NCBI GenBank assembly: GCA_963737905.1
Contig: CAVTUQ010000010.1
Coordinates: 32,001-96,000 of the forward strand
From: an uncultured delta proteobacterium
GTDB lineage: Bacteria > Desulfobacterota > Binatia > UBA9968
Length of the DNA stretch: 64,000 nt
Direction: 5' to 3'
Within the stretch, counting starts at the first letter, position 1, and each line of letters opens with the position of its first letter. The position numbers and the translations under genes were made by a program. This document shows positions 57,535 through 64,000 of this stretch, piece after piece. Below the pieces are notes generated by a model. The model searched no databases. It saw only the letters and a program-made list of their open reading frames with translations, and was not told where the DNA came from.

Positions 57535-58924
57535 ACTGCCGAACACGCTCGCCTTCCGTCTCACGCTCTGGTACGCGGGAATTTTTGCCCTTTGTTCTGG
57601 CGTGGCGTTTCTACTCTTTTACACGCTTATCACTTCGGTGCTTCAAGAACGAACCGATCAGGAGCTGCTGGCTCAAGCGCAGAGGTTCTCCAGCTTGCTG
57701 GCCGGTGACGGCATCGGAGCGGTCAATAACAGCGCGGTTATCGAGGCCCAAGCCGCCGGCGAAAAGAAAGTCTTTTTTCGACTCCTGAATCTCACGGGAG
57801 AGGCCTTTTCTTCCTCCAACATGTCCTATTGGAAAGATATCCATGTGGATGTCGGGGCGATTGAGAAGCTGCTGCGAGGCAGCGGTCCTATTCTGGAAAC
57901 CATTACGATTTCAAACCGCAGCGATGAAGTGCGCATCCTTTATGCCATGCTCAGTCCGACTGTCCTCGTGCAAGTAGGGCAGGCGATGGAAAGTCAGGCT
58001 CGTCTGCTTGACGCGTTCAAGCGAATTTTTATCATCACCATGAGTTTATTGATTTTCCTGGCCGCAGGAGTCGGTTGGTTCATGGCCAGGCGAGCTGTTT
58101 CAGGTATCGAGGCGGTTACCCACACTGCGCGAAAGATCTCCGGCGGCTCGCTTCAGGAGCGGGTCCCGGTAAAACCCAGGGGCGATGAGATCGATCAGCT
58201 GGCCACGACGTTCAATCGGATGGTGGACCGGATTCAAACTCTGCTCACGGAAATCAAGGAAATGAGCGACAACATCGCCCATGACCTGAGAAGTCCGGTC
58301 ACCCGAATCCGTGGCACGGCGGAAGTTACCCTGACGACCGGCAAGTCTCTCGAGGATTACGAGAACATGGCAGCCAGCACGATCGAGGACTGCGACCAGC
58401 TCCTCGATATGATCAACACGATGCTGCTGATATCAAAGACGGAGGCCGGAGTCGAAAAGCCTTCGGGTGAGGCGGTCGAGATCGCGGCTCTCATCCGCAA
58501 AGCCTGCGAACTTTTCGACCCTATTGCAGAAGACAAGAACGTGAGCCTGAACTATAACGCGGCCGAGAAAACCCTCGTCAGCGGCGACGCTCGAATGCTC
58601 CAGCGGATGCTCGCCAATATTCTGGACAATGCCGTGAAATATACCCCGTCAGGGGGAAAAATCGAGGTCTCTCTGACCGGGACCAAGAACCAAAATGTCA
58701 CCATCTCCATTAAAGACTGGGGAGTCGGCATCTCCGGGGCTGATCTGAACCGTATTTTCGAGCGATTCTACCGCTGTGATCAGAGCCGCTCCCAACCGGG
58801 AACGGGGCTGGGTCTCAGCCTGGCAAGGGCCATTGCCAGGGCTCATGGGGGGGACATTACCGTAACGAGCACCCCGAATCAGGGCAGTACTTTTAATATT
58901 ACCCTTCCGAAAGTCGAGGGTTGA
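57512..58924 (+). CDS. Sensor histidine kinase (2 TM, HAMP, HisKA, HATPase)
   Basis: RLTLWY, DEI..LA..FN.M, IAHDLRSP, NILDNAVKY, D.G.GI, G.GLGL. Confidence 0.92.
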   Translation: MSLGKILRLPNTLAFRLTLWYAGIFALCSGVAFLLFYTLITSVLQERTDQELLAQAQRFSSLLAGDGIGAVNNSAVIEAQAAGEKKVFFRLLNLTGEAFSSSNMSYWKDIHVDVGAIEKLLRGSGPILETITISNRSDEVRILYAMLSPTVLVQVGQAMESQARLLDAFKRIFIITMSLLIFLAAGVGWFMARRAVSGIEAVTHTARKISGGSLQERVPVKPRGDEIDQLATTFNRMVDRIQTLLTEIKEMSDNIAHDLRSPVTRIRGTAEVTLTTGKSLEDYENMAASTIEDCDQLLDMINTMLLISKTEAGVEKPSGEAVEIAALIRKACELFDPIAEDKNVSLNYNAAEKTLVSGDARMLQRMLANILDNAVKYTPSGGKIEVSLTGTKNQNVTISIKDWGVGISGADLNRIFERFYRCDQSRSQPGTGLGLSLARAIARAHGGDITVTSTPNQGSTFNITLPKVEG

Positions 58925-58980
58925 GGGTCGAGAGGAAATTGTTCCTCATTCAATCCTCGATCCCCGACCCTCGACACTCT
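58913..58980. repeat. 7-bp periodic palindromic repeat overlapping the kinase stop
   Basis: GTCGAGG GTTGAGG GTCGAGA ... TCCTCGA TCCCCGA CCCTCGA CACTCT. Confidence 0.6.
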
Positions 58981-58992
58981 TTCTTATCCAAC

Positions 58993-59008
58993 ATTACCAA
59001 TTGGTAAT
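58993..59008. promoter_or_regulatory. Perfect 16-bp palindrome ATTAC-N6-GTAAT, candidate response-regulator box
   Basis: ATTACCAATTGGTAAT about 90 nt upstream of the degP/degQ-like start, next to a CusR/CzcR-like regulator pair. Confidence 0.6.
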
Positions 59009-59096
59009 CTTCCGGTCAGCGTCCGGTTAACCTCGATTATTTATATTGAGTCAAAATTAACGGGCGATCAGGCCCCTAAACGAGAGGAGACTCATT

Positions 59097-60557
59097 ATGG
59101 AGAACAATTATTTTAAACGGTATTTGCTTGCCCCGGTCCTGGTTAGCGTCTTACTGGGAACTGGATATGGGATATCGAAAGCGGTGAAGGCTTCCGATGC
59201 AGCAGCTACTCCGCCAACCAAGTCGGTTGAAGTGCCGATGGTTCCGGGCAACTTTAGCGAGCTTGCAGAAACGGTTCGCCCTGGGGTGGTCAATATCCAG
59301 GTGGTCAAGAAGGTAAAGAACGTTGCCTTTGGATCGCGTGATTTCTCGGGAAATCCGTTTGGTGAGGACAGTCCATTTGGAGACTTCTTTGGGCGCTATT
59401 TTCAGGGTAATCCGTCGCCTGCTCCCGAGCAGCGCGGTGTCGGCTCCGGGTTCATCATGAGCCGCGACGGGTACATCGTGACGAATAACCACGTGGTCGA
59501 AGATGCGGACCAGATCAAAGTGAAGCTCGCCAGCGGCAAAGAATATAATGCCAAAGTCATCGGTCGAGACCCGAAAACAGATTTAGCCCTGGTAAAGATC
59601 GACGGAGCCTCGGACCTGCATGCTCTACCGATGGGTAATTCGGACGACCTCAAGGTCGGTAGTTGGGTCGTCGCGATCGGCAGTCCCTTCGGTTTGGAAC
59701 AAACCGTGACCGCAGGCATCGTCAGTGCCAAGGGAAGAGTCATTGGCTCCGGACCCTATGACAATTTCATTCAGACCGATGCCTCGATTAACCCCGGCAA
59801 CAGCGGTGGCCCGCTTATCAATACAAAGGGCGAGGTTGTGGGCATCAATACAGCGATTGTTGCCGAGGGCAAAGGCATAGGATTCGCCATCCCAATCAAC
59901 ATGGCCAAGGACATCGCTCCCCAGCTTCAGGAAAAAGGACACGTGACCCGTGGATGGTTGGGCGTAAGCATTCAGGAGATGACACCGGAACTAGCGAAAT
60001 CATTGGGCCTTAAAGAAGATAGCAAGGGGGCGCTGGTTGCGCAGGTCGTCCCAGGGAGCCCGGCGGAAAAGGCTGGAATCGCGCAGGGTGATGTGATCGT
60101 TGAGTTTGGCGGCAAAACAGTCGCCGAGTCCAAAGATCTGCCCCAGATTGTTGCATCGACGGCGGTAGGAAAATCAGTCGATGTGAAACTCTTGCGCGAT
60201 GGTAAAGCGCTCGACCGACAGGTGAAAATCTCTGAGATGGAAGAGAACGTCACAGTCAACAACGCACCTGCTCGGAAAACCTTGGGGATTGCCGTGCAGA
60301 ATCTCACCCCTGAAATGGCCAGAAGGCTCCGGCTCACGATAGAGAGCGGCGTAGTTGTCACCCGAGTTGAATCCGGAAGCCCAGCAGCCGATGCGGGAAT
60401 TCAAACCGGTGATATCATCCGCGAGGTTAACCGCAAGCCGGTAAAAGATGCGGACGACCTAGTTCAAAAGATTGAACAGGTCAAAGATCAGAGTAGTATC
60501 CTTCTGCTTGTCCAGCGCGGACAAAATAACCTGTTCGCCGCTGTCACACCGAAGTAG
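59097..60557 (+). CDS. DegP/DegQ (HtrA) periplasmic serine protease, two PDZ domains
   Basis: GSGF, TNNHVV, DLA, IQTDASINPGNSGGPL, two PDZ repeats (GSPA..AG...GD.I). Confidence 0.93.
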   Translation: MENNYFKRYLLAPVLVSVLLGTGYGISKAVKASDAAATPPTKSVEVPMVPGNFSELAETVRPGVVNIQVVKKVKNVAFGSRDFSGNPFGEDSPFGDFFGRYFQGNPSPAPEQRGVGSGFIMSRDGYIVTNNHVVEDADQIKVKLASGKEYNAKVIGRDPKTDLALVKIDGASDLHALPMGNSDDLKVGSWVVAIGSPFGLEQTVTAGIVSAKGRVIGSGPYDNFIQTDASINPGNSGGPLINTKGEVVGINTAIVAEGKGIGFAIPINMAKDIAPQLQEKGHVTRGWLGVSIQEMTPELAKSLGLKEDSKGALVAQVVPGSPAEKAGIAQGDVIVEFGGKTVAESKDLPQIVASTAVGKSVDVKLLRDGKALDRQVKISEMEENVTVNNAPARKTLGIAVQNLTPEMARRLRLTIESGVVVTRVESGSPAADAGIQTGDIIREVNRKPVKDADDLVQKIEQVKDQSSILLLVQRGQNNLFAAVTPK

Positions 60558-60583
60558 CCGCTCACTAACTTATCTCCCACCCA

Positions 60584-60618
60584 ACAACCCCTCCGCCGGC
60601 AGCGGAGGGGTTGTCTTT
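60584..60618. terminator. Strong hairpin between convergent genes, probable terminator
   Basis: ACAACCCCTCCGC-CGGCA-GCGGAGGGGTTGT followed by CTTT. Confidence 0.6.
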
Positions 60619-60622
60619 ACTC

Positions 60623-62104
60623 TCATGCATGTAACCGGAAGAAGTGGCAGTTCCAGGCTTTCAGGTCAACGTACAGCCCGGGGTCGTGCATCTCATCTCC
60701 ATTCCGTTCATAGGTCTGGCCGGATAAAACGTCGACCAAGCGCCAGGTTTTTCCTCGTAACTCGTTCCAAGGCACTTGAACAACGGCCTGTGCAGCGCTG
60801 TCACTGAGATTGACTATGATGAGATAACGCTCCTCGTCCTTGACCCAGCTCCATGCGATGAGATTTTGATAGCTCGAATTATCCGGCCAGCCCGTGCGCT
60901 TGCAGAGAGCCCATCGACCGTCCCGGAACACCGGGGTATTAATGGCGTCCAGGAGCCAGTGATAAAAAATCTGCAATGTTTTATCGGGGATCTCCGGAGG
61001 GCGTCTGCCGAGAAAGACCGGGACTCTAACCTTTCGTCCCTCAAATTGGCCTTCATGGAAGAGTCTCGCTCCCGGCAGGGTAGAGGTCGTTATCACAGCC
61101 GCCCGCTCCTTCGCTGTTACGAACGTCGCGGCGGCACGGGGTTCGTCGTGGTTTTCGATGAAACGAAGGAGCTTCGCCTGGTAGGCAAGCTCGGCGCAGA
61201 GATGAAGCCGCACACTTTCCGCATTGTCGTGCTCCAGACGGTCATAGAGCCGCTTGTCGTAACAAAAGTCGAACCCCTGTTGCTGCAGCTCCCACTCGAG
61301 GTCCCAGTAAGCCTCGGCAACAAACAGGAAGTCGGGATAAGTTTTCTTGACGGTAGGAATCAGGTCGCGCCAGTATTCCGTTGCCGGCCGTTTTCCCACC
61401 CGGCTGCCCCAGGTGCGTTCGAAGATGGAATTCAGCAGAAGCATCGCCATATCGCAGCGAATGCCGTCGCATTGGCCGGCGATACTCAAAACGGTTTCGC
61501 GAACGGCCTGACGAAGCTCGGGTTGGAAGGCATTCAGCTGCAGCACATCCTGCCAGGCCGGAAAATAAGGATCGCGTCCGTATGCGAAAACATGTCCGCC
61601 TAAGTTAATAAAGGACGCAGGATCAATCTTCGCATCGTCAAGATTGCCTTGAACGAAGTAGTTGGGATGGACAATGACCCAAGGATGGTCCGGTGCCACG
61701 TGGTTGGGGACAAAATCGAGAATCAGTCGGATACCTCTCTTCGCCAGTTCCTGGCGAGCCACGGAAAGTCCTTCCGGCCCGCCCAGCTGTTTGTCAACCA
61801 CGTAGCGGCGAACACAATAAGCCGATCCCACATTGTCCTGGGGACGAAAATCGGGCAATGCCCGCTTAAAATCCTCAAGCAGACTTTGGTTCCGATTGGC
61901 AATCGCGATGCCGGCGGGGCTGCGCTCCCAAACCCCCATCAGCCACACCGCATCGAATCCGTGTGCGGCGAGCGCATCCCATTCAGCTGCCGGTACCGAG
62001 CTTAGGGTGACGGAGGTTCCCGCTCTTGTGCTTAGCTCAGAAAGCCAGACCCAAGTATTGATCTCGTAGATAGTTGGATTTCGGGCCCAATTGGACACGT
62101 TCAA
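60623..62104 (-). CDS. Alpha-amylase family (GH13) glycoside hydrolase
   Basis: LDFVPNH, DGIRCDMA, AEAYW, ENHDE catalytic regions. Confidence 0.9.
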   Translation of the reverse strand: MNVSNWARNPTIYEINTWVWLSELSTRAGTSVTLSSVPAAEWDALAAHGFDAVWLMGVWERSPAGIAIANRNQSLLEDFKRALPDFRPQDNVGSAYCVRRYVVDKQLGGPEGLSVARQELAKRGIRLILDFVPNHVAPDHPWVIVHPNYFVQGNLDDAKIDPASFINLGGHVFAYGRDPYFPAWQDVLQLNAFQPELRQAVRETVLSIAGQCDGIRCDMAMLLLNSIFERTWGSRVGKRPATEYWRDLIPTVKKTYPDFLFVAEAYWDLEWELQQQGFDFCYDKRLYDRLEHDNAESVRLHLCAELAYQAKLLRFIENHDEPRAAATFVTAKERAAVITTSTLPGARLFHEGQFEGRKVRVPVFLGRRPPEIPDKTLQIFYHWLLDAINTPVFRDGRWALCKRTGWPDNSSYQNLIAWSWVKDEERYLIIVNLSDSAAQAVVQVPWNELRGKTWRLVDVLSGQTYERNGDEMHDPGLYVDLKAWNCHFFRLHA

Positions 62105-62115
62105 ATACCTCTTCC

Positions 62116-63999
62116 TTACTTCTTGGTGAATGCGGCGACTCTGCCCATCTCGAGGAAGTGAGCGCCGTCGAGCCGACCGAATAACTCAATCATCGTCGCC
62201 ACGAGACCCGTCCAACCGGTCTGGTGACTCGCCCCGAGACCCGCGCCGTTGTCGCCGTGGAAATACTCGTAGAACAGCAGATGATCTCTCCAGTGGGGAT
62301 CCGTCTGGAACTTTTCCGTCCCGCCGTATACCGGACGCTGGCCAGAGTCATTTCGGAGAAAGATTCGTGTCAAACGATGGGTGATCTCCTGCGCCACCTC
62401 GAACAGGTTCATCAACCGGCCGGTGCCGGTGGGACATTCGATCTTGAAGGTATCACCGTAGTAGAGGTAAAAGTTCAGTAATGCGCGGATGATCAGCGCG
62501 TTCACCGGCATCCAGATCGGCCCGCGCCAGTTCGAGTTGCCGCCGAACATGCCGCTGTCGGATTCGGCGGGGAGATAACTTACCTCGTGATCCTGCCCCT
62601 CCGCGTTGAATACATACGGATGATCTTTATGGTAACGCGATAGCGACCGGATGCCGTAGCGGCTCAGGAACTCGTCCTCATCGAGCATTCGCGTAAGGAT
62701 GCGGCGCAGCCGCTCGGGATTGACGACCGCGAGAATGCCGCGGTCGCCGTATCCGCGGTGTCCCTGGCCCGTCGGGTGGATACCCTGCAGCAGTTCGGGC
62801 ATCCGCCGGATCCGCTCGCTGAAGTGCGCCAATAGCCGCGGTAACCGCTCGCGCTGCCAAGGCTCAATCACGGTGGTGGCGCACAGCGGCAATAGGCCGA
62901 CCATCGAGCGCACCTTAAGACGGATGGCGCGACCATCGGGCAAGCGCAGGACGTCGTAATAGAACCCATCCTCCTCGTCCCACATGCCGTCCTGACCGAC
63001 GTGGTTCATCGCCCTCCCGATCCACAGGAAATGCTCGACAAACTTCATCGCCAGATCTTCATAGGTCGTGTCGTAGGCCGCAATCTCTACGCCGATATCG
63101 AGCATGTTTTGGCAGAAGAGCGCCATCCAGGCGGTGCCGTCGGCCTGTTCGAGATGGCCGCCGGTTGGCAGCGACGCTGAGCGATCGAAGACGCCGATGT
63201 TGTCGAGACCCAGAAAGCCGCCTTCGAAGACGTTTTTCCCGAAGCGGTCCTTACGATTGACCCACCAGGTGAAGTTGGCCAGTAACTTGCCGAAAGACCG
63301 CTTCATGAACTCGACGTCCCCCTGGCCGCGCAATGCCTGCTCCACGCGATAAAGAAAGATCGTGGCCCAGGCGTGCACGGGCGGGTTTACATCTCCGAAG
63401 TTCCACTCGTAAGCCGGGATCTGCCCGCTCGGGTGGAGGTAGAACGCGCGCAGCATCAGCTCGAGCTGCTCCTTGGCAAAATCCACGTCCACTTCCGCGA
63501 GCGCGATGGTGTGAAAGGCGAGGTCCCAGGCCGCGTACCAGGGGTACTCCCACTTGTCGGGCATGGAGATCACGTGGTCGTTGATCATGTGCACCCATTC
63601 GCGGTTGCGCACCGGCCGGCTCTGCGCGGCAAACGGATCCACGCCGTGCTCTTCGAGCCACTTGTCGACGTCGAAGAAATAGTACTGCTTGCTCCAGAGC
63701 ATGCCCCCCAGGGCTTGCCGCATGATGTTGGCAGCGTCTTCGCTCACTGAGCTCGGCGTGATGCACCGATAGAATTCATCCGCCTCGTTTCGGCGCGTTC
63801 TCAATATCGCATCGAAATCGCTGCCAAAGGGCTCTTCCTTCAGCGCCTCAGGCGCTAGATCCGTTAGGCGCAGCTGAATTTCAGTCTCGGCCCCGCCGGG
63901 CACAGTTATCTGGTAATGGGCGGCGGCTTTGGTTCCGGTGCGGTCTGGATTCACCGCCTCCTGCCGACCGTGGATGACGTAATCATTGATGCCGTCTTT
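62116..63999 (-). CDS. MGH1-like/GH63 glycoside hydrolase (5' end outside window)
   Basis: SMPDKWEYPWYAAWDLAFH, GGFLGLDNI, EQADGT, NSNWRGPIW, GLGASHQTGWTG; frame open to the window edge. Confidence 0.9.
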   Translation of the reverse strand, partial: KDGINDYVIHGRQEAVNPDRTGTKAAAHYQITVPGGAETEIQLRLTDLAPEALKEEPFGSDFDAILRTRRNEADEFYRCITPSSVSEDAANIMRQALGGMLWSKQYYFFDVDKWLEEHGVDPFAAQSRPVRNREWVHMINDHVISMPDKWEYPWYAAWDLAFHTIALAEVDVDFAKEQLELMLRAFYLHPSGQIPAYEWNFGDVNPPVHAWATIFLYRVEQALRGQGDVEFMKRSFGKLLANFTWWVNRKDRFGKNVFEGGFLGLDNIGVFDRSASLPTGGHLEQADGTAWMALFCQNMLDIGVEIAAYDTTYEDLAMKFVEHFLWIGRAMNHVGQDGMWDEEDGFYYDVLRLPDGRAIRLKVRSMVGLLPLCATTVIEPWQRERLPRLLAHFSERIRRMPELLQGIHPTGQGHRGYGDRGILAVVNPERLRRILTRMLDEDEFLSRYGIRSLSRYHKDHPYVFNAEGQDHEVSYLPAESDSGMFGGNSNWRGPIWMPVNALIIRALLNFYLYYGDTFKIECPTGTGRLMNLFEVAQEITHRLTRIFLRNDSGQRPVYGGTEKFQTDPHWRDHLLFYEYFHGDNGAGLGASHQTGWTGLVATMIELFGRLDGAHFLEMGRVAAFTKK

Positions 64000-64000
64000 T

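Overview
GC-rich bacterial chromosomal window of about 55 genes. No rRNA, tRNA, CRISPR array or intact transposase was seen. The gene content (expanded LigXa/phthalate-type Rieske oxygenases, many ABC substrate-binding proteins, amidohydrolases, an LVIVD protein) and the intergenic repeat style suggest an uncultured soil deltaproteobacterial-type lineage such as Ca. Binatia; this is inference. 1.7-16.4 kb holds a same-strand array of four intact Rieske oxygenase alpha subunits of two alternating subtypes, interleaved with four ABC binding proteins and a gentisate-dioxygenase-like cupin, followed by a Rieske remnant in frame with an ABC permease, an ATPase and a CMD-family protein; no reductase or ferredoxin was found in the window. 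Further catabolic genes follow (Zn dehydrogenase, CocE hydrolase, amidohydrolases, SDR, salicylate-type AMP ligase), plus an AT-richer two-gene orphan island and an exported Ig-repeat/lipoprotein pair. The right half carries housekeeping and envelope genes (Fpg/Nei, GST, TrmJ, UvrD-like helicase, two-component system plus DegP/DegQ, GH13, partial GH63). The ORF track truncates a DsbA/FrnE selenoprotein (UPWC motif with a SECIS-like hairpin). Intergenic gaps contain many MITE/REP-like elements and 7-, 8- and 9-bp periodic palindromic repeats, often nested and abutting stop codons. About eight genes carry apparent single-base frameshifts, most likely sequencing or assembly indels.
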